A DNA stretch of 64,000 nt from a virus: the IMG/VR virus record IMGVR_UViG_3300002461_000132, positions 1 to 64,000 of that record, one strand, 5' to 3'. The translations under genes and the position numbers were made by a program. The notes under the pieces are model-generated. The model saw only the letters and a list, made by a program, of their open reading frames with translations, was not told where the DNA came from and did not search any database. Within the stretch, counting starts at the first letter, position 1, and each line of letters begins with the position of its first letter. Below, one piece after another: positions 50,269-59,856 of the stretch.

Positions 50269-50741
50269 CGGACGATGGCGCAGCCGACGCAGTGCAAGCG
50301 AAGTGGTTGGCCGACTGGCAAGCGGCCGTCACGGCGCACATGGCCGGCACGGATCACGCGGCCGTCGTCGTCGATACGACGTTCGAGCTCGAGAAGTACA
50401 ACGCCCCGACGCCCCCGGTGCCCTACGCCTACGTCGTGATGGATTCGGGGCAGGCCGAGCGGATGACGATGGGGCGGCCGGCGAAGTTCCGAACCACGGG
50501 CACGATCTACGTCAAGTTGCATTGGCCGCTCGCCGCGGCGAACGGGTACGCCGACGGTGTCGGGTGGCTGCGCAAGCTCGCGATGGCTGTCCGCGACACG
50601 CTGTCGGTGCAGCAATTCGCCGAGGGGCCCAACGAGGACGGCGTGATCTGCCGAGTCGCGCAGTTGACCGAGTCGGCGACCGAGGGCGCTTACGCGATTT
50701 TGGCGGTCCTCGTGCCGTTTGAATACACTGAGACGCGGTAA
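50265..50741 (+). CDS. Tail terminator / tail completion protein candidate
   Basis: ATGA overlap start. 158 aa immediately upstream of the tail tube gene. Confidence 0.4.
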   Translation: MTDDGAADAVQAKWLADWQAAVTAHMAGTDHAAVVVDTTFELEKYNAPTPPVPYAYVVMDSGQAERMTMGRPAKFRTTGTIYVKLHWPLAAANGYADGVGWLRKLAMAVRDTLSVQQFAEGPNEDGVICRVAQLTESATEGAYAILAVLVPFEYTETR

Positions 50742-50762
50742 CAACCGGACGGAGATCCCCCG

Positions 50763-52247
50763 ATGCGTACTCTTAGCGAAGCAACTGTTTTCTCGTCGGT
50801 GATCGAGACGTCGTTCCTGACGGCCGGCACGACGCTGTGGCGTCAGCATCAGCCGAACACGATCGACAAGTTCGGCGCGCAGTTCAAAAAGATCGCGCGT
50901 GATCCGATCGGCGGCGGTCGGCAGTTGCAGAAGGGCGACATCGTCGATCTCGAGGTGCCGACCGAGTGGACGGCGGACCTGACGAAAGACCTCGTCGACC
51001 ACTTCGGCGAAGGCATCATGATGGCCGCGACGAAGCACAACGGGGGCACGGCCACGTCGCAGTTTCGCCCGACGGCCGTCACCGCGACCGGCTACACGGT
51101 GCCGGCGGCCGGCAACATTCAGCAGTACGCGTTGATCTTCGCGCGTGGCTTCCTGATCGCCGGCAACAACGGGTTGAAGCAACTCGCCGCGGCCTCGACG
51201 GTGACCGAGATCAAGGCGTCGGGTCTCGCCGCGGAGACGGTCTCTGGCTACCTCGCCACCGTCGAGGTGTGCGGTCACCGCGCGTCGGTGGCGGCCGATA
51301 TCCAGGTCGACGCCAACGGCGATCTGATCTCGACGGTCGCCAACTGGACGACGATGGGGCTCGTGGTTGGCCAATGGATTTGGCTTGGTGGCACCGTCGG
51401 CTCTGCGTTCACGCCGACCAACGCCGCATACCGTGGATGGGCGCAGGTCAAGACGATCGCCGCGGCGAAGCTCTCGCTACAGCGCCGATCGTGGACCGTC
51501 GGCGCGGCTGACCTCGCGGTCGGCAAGACGTATGACATCTACTTCGGCCGTTGGATCCGCAACACGAACGCGCAGTCGGCCGACTACCTCGAGCGGTCGT
51601 ACACGTTCGAGACGACGTACGCGACGCTCACCGCCGGCGGTGCGGCCGAGTACGAGTACGCGCAGGGCAACTATCTCGCGCAGGTCGCGATCAACCTTCC
51701 GCCGACGGATAAGGCCACGGTCGATCTGACGTTCGTCGGTGGGTCGACGGTCGATCCGTCGGTGACGCGACTGACCGGCGCGTCGACGGCCGATGCACCG
51801 CTCGCGCAAGCGATGTTCAACACGTCGACGAACATCGGCCGCGTGCGGTTCAACAACACCGACGAGACCGGGTTGTCGACGGACATCAAGACGCTGAAGC
51901 TCACGCTTTCGAACAACGTCGCGCGCGAAGTCGTGCTCGGCACGCTCGGTGCGCGCTTCATGAACGTCGGCACGTTCACCGCGATGATCGAGGGCGAGAT
52001 GTTGTTCACGTCCGACACCGTCGTGACGGCCGTGCGCGACAACCGCACGTGCATGTTCGAATGCGGCGTGCGCAACGGAGATGGTGGGATCCTGTTCGAC
52101 GTGCCGTCGATGACGCTCGACTCGGTCGATCGCAAGTTCGTCGCGAACATGTCGGTCACCGTGCAGGGCAAGGCCACGGGCTTCCAGGATCCGACGTACG
52201 GTTACACGTGCGGCATGACGATCTTTCCGTACCTGCCGTCGGTGTGA
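50763..52247 (+). CDS. Major tail tube protein candidate (large, 494 aa)
   Basis: Beta-rich Thr/Gly/Ala/Val sequence located between the neck genes and the G/GT chaperone pair. Confidence 0.5.
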   Translation: MRTLSEATVFSSVIETSFLTAGTTLWRQHQPNTIDKFGAQFKKIARDPIGGGRQLQKGDIVDLEVPTEWTADLTKDLVDHFGEGIMMAATKHNGGTATSQFRPTAVTATGYTVPAAGNIQQYALIFARGFLIAGNNGLKQLAAASTVTEIKASGLAAETVSGYLATVEVCGHRASVAADIQVDANGDLISTVANWTTMGLVVGQWIWLGGTVGSAFTPTNAAYRGWAQVKTIAAAKLSLQRRSWTVGAADLAVGKTYDIYFGRWIRNTNAQSADYLERSYTFETTYATLTAGGAAEYEYAQGNYLAQVAINLPPTDKATVDLTFVGGSTVDPSVTRLTGASTADAPLAQAMFNTSTNIGRVRFNNTDETGLSTDIKTLKLTLSNNVAREVVLGTLGARFMNVGTFTAMIEGEMLFTSDTVVTAVRDNRTCMFECGVRNGDGGILFDVPSMTLDSVDRKFVANMSVTVQGKATGFQDPTYGYTCGMTIFPYLPSV

Positions 52248-52385
52248 TCGTCTTCGTAGTCGTCGAGGATCCGCGTGCTCGTGCGATCGCCGGCGCGTTG
52301 GCGCGGTTACGAGAGGCGCAAGCCGAGCTCGAGTCGATCGTGTTGCCGTTGTACACAAGGCGCCTCAAGCGTTACCCTGCCCCGT

Positions 52386-52838
52386 ATGCCCTTCAACGGT
52401 TACCGCTCGCAGGATATCGATCCGACCCCGCTTCCGCTCGTGCTCGCCGATTTGCGCTCGCCGGGAGGCAAGCCTTCGCCGTGCGTGCACGTCGTCAGCA
52501 CCGCCAACAACACCGGGTGGATCGAGTCGCTACTCGATGACGCCGACGACGACGGCCCCGCGAAGGTCGGCGACGGCGAGGTCAAGTACGACCCGAAGCG
52601 TGAAGCGGCCGTCGAGAAGCGGTTGCGCGAACGCCTCGCACGCCACGTCGTGAAGAAGCTCGAGAACGTCTATCACGACGACGGGCGCATCGCGGACGGT
52701 CCCACCGACATCATGGAATTCATGACGTCGATCCCGAAGTTCATCGTGCTTCGGATCCTCGCGTGGGTGTCGAACCCGATCAACTTCCAAGCCGACTACG
52801 TCGAGCCGACGAACCCGGAGACGCTCGCAAAAAAATAA
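52386..52838 (+). CDS. Tail assembly chaperone (G-like)
   Basis: ATG at 52386. Acidic 150-aa protein ending in GCA AAA AAA TAA. Canonical position before the tape measure gene. Confidence 0.65.
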   Translation: MPFNGYRSQDIDPTPLPLVLADLRSPGGKPSPCVHVVSTANNTGWIESLLDDADDDGPAKVGDGEVKYDPKREAAVEKRLRERLARHVVKKLENVYHDDGRIADGPTDIMEFMTSIPKFIVLRILAWVSNPINFQADYVEPTNPETLAKK

Positions 52839-53197
52839 TCGCCCGGCTCGATTGGGAAGATCGCTACGCCAAACAGAAGTGGTCGATCGACGCCGGTAAA
52901 GCGAAGCGCGCGGAATTCGGCGACGACGCGCGTCCCATGACGCCGGTCGAGCGCGAGCTCGAGGCGGGAAAGAAGATCCATCGGCTCGACGCCGGCGGGT
53001 ACCTGTTCCGCAACGCCTACGTGCAACTGTCGACGACGAGGCAACTCGGCTACGGCGTCATCGGGCCGATTCCTTGGGATCGCATCGTCGATTGGGGCAT
53101 GCTCAAGGGGTTGTCGCTTCGTGCGATCGATCGCCTCGTCGACGTCGTGTCGCGGATCGATAACGACTACGTCACCAAGGTCAACACGAGAAAGTAG
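52386..53197 (+). CDS. Tail assembly chaperone fusion (GT-like) made by -1 frameshift at 52829-52835
   Basis: The -1 frame is open from the slippery A AAA AAA site through 53197 (…KKIIARLDWEDRYAKQKW…) and has no independent start signal. Confidence 0.6.
52829..52835 (+). promoter_or_regulatory. Programmed -1 ribosomal frameshift slippery heptamer A_AAA_AAA
   Basis: Zero-frame codons are GCA AAA AAA TAA. Slipping back one base gives AAA AAA ATA ATC GCC, which continues in listed ORF 52763..53197. Confidence 0.65.
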
Positions 53198-53205
53198 AGC
53201 CGCAC

Positions 53206-56200
53206 ATGTCCTTGGTCATCGCCGTCGAGATCGATCCGAGCAAGGCCGGCCCCGAGATCAAAAAGCTGGAAGCGGATCTCGGTTCGCTCAAGAACAGCGC
53301 GAAGTCTGTCGGCGACGCGTTGACGATGGATGACAAGGGCCGGTTGCGCGACGCGGGCAACCGCTTCGTGACGACGGCCGCGAACGCCGGCGAGGCCACG
53401 ACGAGTGTGAAGGGGCTGTCGGAAACGCTCTCCGAGCTCGGTCGACAGACGTCAGCAAGTCAGGCGATCACCGAGATCAATCACGCGCTCGAGCGACAGA
53501 TCGCGATGCTCGATCGCATCCGCGCGCCCGAGCTCCAATTCGCGCAGGGGCTCGAGGCGCTCGACTCGCTGTTGTCGAAGGGCAAGATCTCGACGGAGGA
53601 GTACGCACGCGAGGTCGCGAACCTGAACCGCGCGATCGAACGGGCAAACCCGTCGCTGACGGAATTCGATCGCAAGAAAGCGAACACGGCGCAGGCGACG
53701 AACACGATCTCGCTTCCGTCACCGAGCGGTGGCGGGGGTGGTAACGCGCTCGGCGAGGTGACGACGTCCGTGCAGACGCTGCAAGGCGCGTCGAAAAACC
53801 TGGTGCAGACGATCACCGGCGACATCGGAGGAGCGCTCTCGGGGCTCATGTCGGGCGGTGCGGCGGCCGCCGGCGCGATCGCCGCGCTCGCGATCACGAT
53901 CATCTCGCTCGCCGACAACTACAACCACCTGTACAACTCGGTGTTGAAGTTCACCGACGCATCGCACGATGCGGCGGACATCATCAGCGATCAGCTTTCG
54001 CTGTCGCGCGAGCTCGATTCTTCGCTCGGTGACACGCTGGAATTCTACGACGCGATCCGCGACGGCACCGACGATCTCAACTTGTCGTACGCCGAACAGA
54101 TCAAGCTGACGAAGGAGATCGGGCAAGCGGTCGTGTTGTCAGGCAAGGGGCTCGGCGAGTCGGGCGGGTTGATGGCCACGCTGTCATACGCGTTTGCATC
54201 CGGCACGATCAACGGGCGCGAGCTCAAAGGCGTGATGAAGTCGATGCCCGACATCGCCGCGCTGTTGACGGAGCAACTCGGCAAGTCGCGCAAAGAGTTG
54301 ATCGTGATGGCCGACAAGGGGCAGGTCACCGGCGAGATGCTGCGCAAGGCGTTCGACGGTGCGGCCGAATCGCTCGACGAGAAGTTCGCGAACCGCGCGA
54401 TCTCGTTGTCGACGACGTGGACACAGTTCAAGGACACGTTGACGGTTTCGATCGGCGCGATCGCGAAGGGATCGGGGCTGACGGATATCCTGTCGACGGC
54501 GATCAAGGGGCTTGGTCAGATCGTCCGGGGCATCACGCTGATCTTCGAAGCGTTCGGCGAGGCGCTCGACGTCATCAACGAGAAGCTCGGATCGACGAGC
54601 GAAGCGACGGGCAAGAGCTACAGCTTTTTCGACACGTTCGCGGGGCTCGACAAGATCAAGGATCTGTCGGCGATGATGGAACAGCAGACGGCCGAGCTCA
54701 ACAAGCAGAAGGCCGCGCTCGATGCGACGATCCCATCGTGGCAAGCGATCGCGAATTTCGAGAAGGCGAACAACGAGGTGATCCGACTGTCGAACGTGCT
54801 CGCGGCCGAGCATAACGAGATCCTCGAGCGCCGGAAGAAGCTCTCGGGTGACTTCTCGACGTCGCTACAAGATCAGGTCGTGAACCTGAAAGCGCTCGAG
54901 GCGATGTACCGCGAGGCCGCGGCGCAAGAGGCGGCCGGCTTCAAGCCCGGACACTTCACCGACGCGAAGGGCAACCAACGAAATCAGAACGCGGCATCGC
55001 TCTATGCGCAGTACCAAGACGCGCAACGAGCGTTGACCAAGACGCAAGATCCGGCGATGGGTGGCGTGCTCGACATTCGCAACACCGTCGAGGATGCGAC
55101 CACGGGCATCGAGTCGATCCGCGAGAAGTTGCGCGCGCAGACGATCACGCAGCGCGAAGCGAACGCGGAGATCCGGAAGTACCGCGAAGAGATCCGCAAC
55201 GCGTACGGCGACGGCGGCACCGACTACATCAAGCAGATGCTCGAGGAGATCAACGGTCCGATGCGCGATTTCCGCGGACAACTCGCGGCCGTCAACTACT
55301 TGCTCGCCGAGAAGGCGATCACCGCCGAGCAAGCGGCGCGATCGATCAAGAAGCTTGAGAACAGTTTCTCGGGTGGCTTTTCGAAGTTGCTCGAGGACGC
55401 GACCAACCCGTTGAAGGGTGGTGGCAAGCCGATGACGCAGAAGCAAGAGGGTGATCTCTATTGGGCGAACCTCGAGCGGCAAGCCGATCGCGCCGTCGCA
55501 GCCGAGAAGGCCGCGGCGAAGAAGATGCTTAGCGAGGTCGGCGCGTTCAACAAGGCACTCGCCGATCGTCAGAAGGATGCGAAGCAAGGCGAAGGCGACT
55601 TCGACACCGCGCGCGCGAAGGCGTACTCGGCGACGTTCGATCGGATCAAGCAACCGATCGCGGACTACCGACAGGCGATGTCGATCGTCAACGAGTTGCA
55701 GTCGAACAACGCGATCACCGCAGAAGAGTACGCGCGCGAAGTCGCAGGCATCGCGAGCGCGTACGAGGCCGCGACCGGCGTGATCGTCAACTCGTCGTCG
55801 ATGTGGGAGGACTTCCAGAACGGCGCAGTCAGCGCGGCGCGCGAGATCGAGGCGACGTTGATCCACACCGCTGACGCGACGCGCGGTGCGTTCGTCGCGA
55901 CGTTCAACGATCTGAACAACGTGTTGACGGATCTGATCGTCGATCAAAAAGCGGACTGGGGTGCATTCCTCGACGGGCTTGCCCGACGGTGGACGAACCT
56001 GGCGTTGCAGCAAGCCGAGGGCGCGATCCTTCGCGCGGCCGGTGCCGGCGAGACATTGACCGGCGGGGCGTCGGCGGCCGCGAACGCGAAGGCCGCGGCG
56101 AGCTCGGGGCTGCTCGGCACGGCCGCGTCGTCAGCGGCCGCGACGACGGCGCAGCTTGCGGCGAGCGCCGGGGCCGGTGCGCTTGCGTTGCAGACGTTCA

Positions 56201-56577
56201 CCGCATCGGTTGCGGCGGCCGCCGTGGCTGCGCAGACCGCGGCCGCGGCGAGCGCAGTGCAGGCCGGCGCGCAGAGCGCGAGCACCGCGGCCGCCGTCGG
56301 TAGCACCGTCGCCGACGTCGTCTCGAGCGCGCGCGTTGCTCCGACGGGGCCGCCGGCGTGGCGACCGGGCAACGTCGGGGCGACCGAGGGTGTCACTTCG
56401 GGATCGGCCTCGAGCGCGCGCAACGCACCGGGCGGATCGCCTGACATCAACTTCCGGGTGATCAACAACTTCGACGGCAAGAAAGCAACCCTCGACACGA
56501 TGGATAGTCGCGAGGGTCAGCGCTCGACGGTGAACAACGTGAACAGGTTCCAGCGCCGGCGCAAGCCATTCGGCTGA
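53206..56577 (+). CDS. Tape measure protein
   Basis: 1123 aa, helical and Ala/Gln/Leu/Glu-rich with an Ala-rich hydrophobic C-terminal region. It directly follows the G/GT pair. Confidence 0.8.
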   Translation: MSLVIAVEIDPSKAGPEIKKLEADLGSLKNSAKSVGDALTMDDKGRLRDAGNRFVTTAANAGEATTSVKGLSETLSELGRQTSASQAITEINHALERQIAMLDRIRAPELQFAQGLEALDSLLSKGKISTEEYAREVANLNRAIERANPSLTEFDRKKANTAQATNTISLPSPSGGGGGNALGEVTTSVQTLQGASKNLVQTITGDIGGALSGLMSGGAAAAGAIAALAITIISLADNYNHLYNSVLKFTDASHDAADIISDQLSLSRELDSSLGDTLEFYDAIRDGTDDLNLSYAEQIKLTKEIGQAVVLSGKGLGESGGLMATLSYAFASGTINGRELKGVMKSMPDIAALLTEQLGKSRKELIVMADKGQVTGEMLRKAFDGAAESLDEKFANRAISLSTTWTQFKDTLTVSIGAIAKGSGLTDILSTAIKGLGQIVRGITLIFEAFGEALDVINEKLGSTSEATGKSYSFFDTFAGLDKIKDLSAMMEQQTAELNKQKAALDATIPSWQAIANFEKANNEVIRLSNVLAAEHNEILERRKKLSGDFSTSLQDQVVNLKALEAMYREAAAQEAAGFKPGHFTDAKGNQRNQNAASLYAQYQDAQRALTKTQDPAMGGVLDIRNTVEDATTGIESIREKLRAQTITQREANAEIRKYREEIRNAYGDGGTDYIKQMLEEINGPMRDFRGQLAAVNYLLAEKAITAEQAARSIKKLENSFSGGFSKLLEDATNPLKGGGKPMTQKQEGDLYWANLERQADRAVAAEKAAAKKMLSEVGAFNKALADRQKDAKQGEGDFDTARAKAYSATFDRIKQPIADYRQAMSIVNELQSNNAITAEEYAREVAGIASAYEAATGVIVNSSSMWEDFQNGAVSAAREIEATLIHTADATRGAFVATFNDLNNVLTDLIVDQKADWGAFLDGLARRWTNLALQQAEGAILRAAGAGETLTGGASAAANAKAAASSGLLGTAASSAAATTAQLAASAGAGALALQTFTASVAAAAVAAQTAAAASAVQAGAQSASTAAAVGSTVADVVSSARVAPTGPPAWRPGNVGATEGVTSGSASSARNAPGGSPDINFRVINNFDGKKATLDTMDSREGQRSTVNNVNRFQRRRKPFG

Positions 56578-56599
56578 TCGGCGTGTCGCCGGCGGTGAC

Positions 56600-56642
56600 G
56601 ACGCGGCCGCGTCACGCCGGCAACCAGCGACGCGGCCGCGTC
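56600..56642. repeat. Two copies of the 14-bp palindrome GACGCGGCCGCGTC after the tape measure gene
   Basis: The copies lie at 56600-56613 and 56629-56642 in the 127-bp intergenic gap. Each can form a GC-only hairpin. Confidence 0.6.
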
Positions 56643-56704
56643 GCGCGTCGACGCGATACGCGGTACTTGCCCGAGGGCGCCGAACCGCTGTAGCCTCGAC
56701 AGCC

Positions 56705-57154
56705 ATGGGTCAATACGCGGTCAAGATGCAACGCACGGCCTCGACGACGGCGTCGGTGGGAAACATCACCGCGCCGGCCGCTTCGATGCGGCGCGTGCGG
56801 ATCTACGATGTGGTGCTCGGTTCCGAGGCCGCGGCCGCCGATAACCCGTTCTTGTGGTACCTGCAACGCTGCACGACGACGGGCACGCGTACGTCGTTCA
56901 CGCCGGTGTCACTCGATCCCGCGGATGCCGCGTGCATCTTCACCGCCGGCGAAAATCACACGGTCGAGCCGACGTACACCGCGAACGCGATCGTGTTGGA
57001 AGTCGCCATGAACCAACGCGCCACGGTGCGATGGGTCGCGGCCGATCGTGACTCCGAGCTCGTGATCCCGGCGACGGCGAACAACGGGATCGGCTACCTG
57101 ACGCCCGTCGCGCCGGCGCTGATCACGACGGCCACGACGCACGCGAGGGAGTAA
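56705..57154 (+). CDS. Hypothetical tail protein (149 aa)
   Basis: First ORF after the tape measure gene. Beta-rich. Confidence 0.5.
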   Translation: MGQYAVKMQRTASTTASVGNITAPAASMRRVRIYDVVLGSEAAAADNPFLWYLQRCTTTGTRTSFTPVSLDPADAACIFTAGENHTVEPTYTANAIVLEVAMNQRATVRWVAADRDSELVIPATANNGIGYLTPVAPALITTATTHARE

Positions 57155-57155
57155 C

Positions 57156-57458
57156 ATGGCGCAGGGTCGCCGCGAAGGCGGCACGCTGATCGCCCTCGAG
57201 CTCGGCGGCCGCGAGGTCAGCCGAGCAACGAGCACGTGCAAGCACTGCCAACGGATCGTGTTCCTGCACGACGCGTTCGGGATGCGGTTGCCGGCCGACG
57301 AGCAACCCCCGTTCTGTCTGCAATGCTTCGCGGTGATCTGCGATGCGTGCGGTGCGAAGGGATCGTGCACGCCGTTCGAGGCGAAGATCAGCAACTACGA
57401 ACGCGATGCCGAGCGCGCGGCGCGCGACGGTCGCATGCTCGAGGCGGTGCTTCGATGA
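57156..57458 (+). CDS. Zinc-finger protein (100 aa)
   Basis: Motifs CKHCQ...CLQCFAVICDACG. Confidence 0.5.
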   Translation: MAQGRREGGTLIALELGGREVSRATSTCKHCQRIVFLHDAFGMRLPADEQPPFCLQCFAVICDACGAKGSCTPFEAKISNYERDAERAARDGRMLEAVLR

Positions 57459-57856
57459 TCGGTGAACGCGAGGTACTCGATCTCATGATCGATTGGTGGG
57501 CCGAGGACGGCGAGCGCAAGCTTGATGTTCTCGCCGCGCGCGTCGGTGGTGCGTGGAAGGATCCCGATGCGAATTGCATCGTGCGCGCGCGCCTCGAGCA
57601 TTCGGACAAGTCGCCGACGACGCTCGTCGTCGAGCTCGAGAAGCGGATCAAGGATGACGTCACGACGAACGTGATCCGTTGGCGTCCGAATCCCGGACAA
57701 CGCGACGAAGATCTCGACGACGTGATCGAGCTCGGGTGTTCGAAGCGCGAGCGTGATCAGGCCGCGGTGATCGAGCGCGTGGCCGAGCTCGAGAAGCTCG
57801 AGATCGAAGCGGCCGAGCGTGCGAAGCGCGAGCTCGAGACGGGTGGCCGCCCATGA
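57455..57856 (+). CDS. Hypothetical protein (133 aa)
   Basis: ATGA overlap start. Acidic, with a helical C terminus. Confidence 0.5.
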   Translation: MIGEREVLDLMIDWWAEDGERKLDVLAARVGGAWKDPDANCIVRARLEHSDKSPTTLVVELEKRIKDDVTTNVIRWRPNPGQRDEDLDDVIELGCSKRERDQAAVIERVAELEKLEIEAAERAKRELETGGRP

Positions 57857-59847
57857 TGATCACCAACACGGTTCGATATTTTCCCGACGCGCGGTACACG
57901 GACCTTGCGACTAACACGACGTTGGGAACGGCCACGCGGTTCGACAGCACGAGCAAGACGCTGACGATCGCGGAGACGGGATCACGCACGTTCAAGTCGG
58001 TGCGCTTGCGCGCGTACTTTCAAGATCGCTTCACGGTGGCGACGACGATCACCGGCGTGCGCATGGGCGTGAAGCTCGGCGCGGCCGCAACCGTCGACGT
58101 CGATCGATCGTTCACGCTTGCCGACACCGGCGATCACGAGCGCTCGGTGTGGGAGTACGACGCGACGGCCTACTTCGTGGCCAACTTCGGAGGTGCCGCG
58201 ACGCAGACCTTTATCGCGTCGCTTGCGGTGTCGACGAACAACGCGTCGAACATCGGCGGCACGATTTGGTTCGAGTTGATCATCACGTACGAGTACGACA
58301 ACACGAGCGGCACGACGCGCACGTCATCGATCCCGGTGCTGATCCAATCGCATCACGTCGCGCTGACGAGCGGATCGATGGTCGAAGTCGGCACCACCGT
58401 CGGTGCCGTGAACGCGCCGGCGAATCAGATCCCAGCGTTCGATACGTATCTCGAGGAAGCCGGCAAGACGTACAAGGACATGGCGATCTGTTGGATGGCC
58501 GCGACCGGCGCGACGGCGAGCGATACGACGCCGTCGATCGAGATCGATTCGACCGGCGCGGTCGGCATGGGGCTGATCGGTCAAGCGTTGAACACCGAGC
58601 GCTTGGTGACAGGTGTGTACAACTACCCGTTCGGCACGCACTCGACGGCGAGCGCGCACGCGTTCAAGGCGCAAACGAACGTCGCGTCGACGCTGAACGG
58701 CTTCGGCGCGATCATGTGGGTCACGTACACGTACGACACGACGACGACGACGCGCGTCACCAACTATGGGATGCCGGCGGTCGTCGAGGTCGGTGACGTC
58801 GACGGTCGCGTGATGCGCACGCTGTCGCCGACGGATGACGTCAGCGCGGATGCGACGGTCCTCGAGTGTGTGCTCGACATTCAAGAGCCGGGCACGATCA
58901 CGCTGAAACAGGGTGGCGTGCTGTTCTCGGTGATGGGGCTGTCGGGCGGCACGATGCGTTATGCGTGCGGCGGGCAAGCGTATCGCTCGTATCTCGCCGG
59001 CACCGGCGTGACTTCGCTGATCGTGCATCGCGCGGATCACTCGACGGGGTGGACGCTCGCGCGCGGCGAGAATCGGCTATCGGTGAAGTATTACCAGTCG
59101 CTGATCACGCGCATTCAATCGAACGGGATCGGCTTCGTCGTGTACTCGAGCGACGTGCCGGCCGCCGGCCCCGACGTCGGCAACCGCGCGCTCGACTACT
59201 TGCAAGGCATCGCCGGCACGACGCCGGCGCTCCTCACGTTGCAAGCGACGGCCGCGCAGAACCCGGTCGACCTCGATGCGCCGTGGTCGATCTCCGCGCT
59301 CGTGCAACACGGCACCGTTCGATCCGTTTCGTCGACGGGTTTTCCCGGAGTGTTGATGTCGGAGGTGAAAGCGTCCGAGCTCGTGCAGGGGGCCGGATGG
59401 ATCACGCACAACCCGATCGGGCAAGGCGCGCTCGCCGAGCTCCAAACCTCGGACGTGTATTGGCCGTTCACGATGCGGTATCGACAGACCTCGTCGGAAG
59501 GTGCGACGCGCGGCCGACTCGATCCGACGACGACGCGAAAGCACTACATCCAGGGTCTCACCAACACGAGTCACTCGGGGTTGTCGACGATCGTCACGGT
59601 GCACTTCATCAAGTTCGTGGCGGCCGGCACGGTGCGCGTTGGTGGCGCTCCGGTCGCGAACGGCAAGACCGTGCAGGTGTGGACCGAGGACGCCAACGGA
59701 AAAGGCGAGCTCCTCGGATCCGCGGTGACGGCCGGAGGTGCCGGCGGATTCTCCCTCGACGTTCACCACAACACGCGTGCCGCGTACTTCGCGACGTACA
59801 ACAACGATGGCTTCGTCGGGCGATCGCAGCTTGCGACGCCGGCGTGA
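57853..59847 (+). CDS. Large tail/baseplate protein (664 aa), function unknown
   Basis: ATGA overlap start. Beta-rich Thr/Gly/Ala/Val sequence between the tape measure and distal tail genes. Confidence 0.55.
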   Translation: MMITNTVRYFPDARYTDLATNTTLGTATRFDSTSKTLTIAETGSRTFKSVRLRAYFQDRFTVATTITGVRMGVKLGAAATVDVDRSFTLADTGDHERSVWEYDATAYFVANFGGAATQTFIASLAVSTNNASNIGGTIWFELIITYEYDNTSGTTRTSSIPVLIQSHHVALTSGSMVEVGTTVGAVNAPANQIPAFDTYLEEAGKTYKDMAICWMAATGATASDTTPSIEIDSTGAVGMGLIGQALNTERLVTGVYNYPFGTHSTASAHAFKAQTNVASTLNGFGAIMWVTYTYDTTTTTRVTNYGMPAVVEVGDVDGRVMRTLSPTDDVSADATVLECVLDIQEPGTITLKQGGVLFSVMGLSGGTMRYACGGQAYRSYLAGTGVTSLIVHRADHSTGWTLARGENRLSVKYYQSLITRIQSNGIGFVVYSSDVPAAGPDVGNRALDYLQGIAGTTPALLTLQATAAQNPVDLDAPWSISALVQHGTVRSVSSTGFPGVLMSEVKASELVQGAGWITHNPIGQGALAELQTSDVYWPFTMRYRQTSSEGATRGRLDPTTTRKHYIQGLTNTSHSGLSTIVTVHFIKFVAAGTVRVGGAPVANGKTVQVWTEDANGKGELLGSAVTAGGAGGFSLDVHHNTRAAYFATYNNDGFVGRSQLATPA

Positions 59848-59856
59848 GGTGGTGAC

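Noticed and set aside
52245-52540. A gene in the frame of ORF 52049..52540, filling the 138-bp gap between the tail tube and chaperone genes
   Set aside because: The frame has no stop until 52540, so it would overlap the chaperone gene by about 155 nt. It also turns Arg-rich there. The gap is left unannotated.
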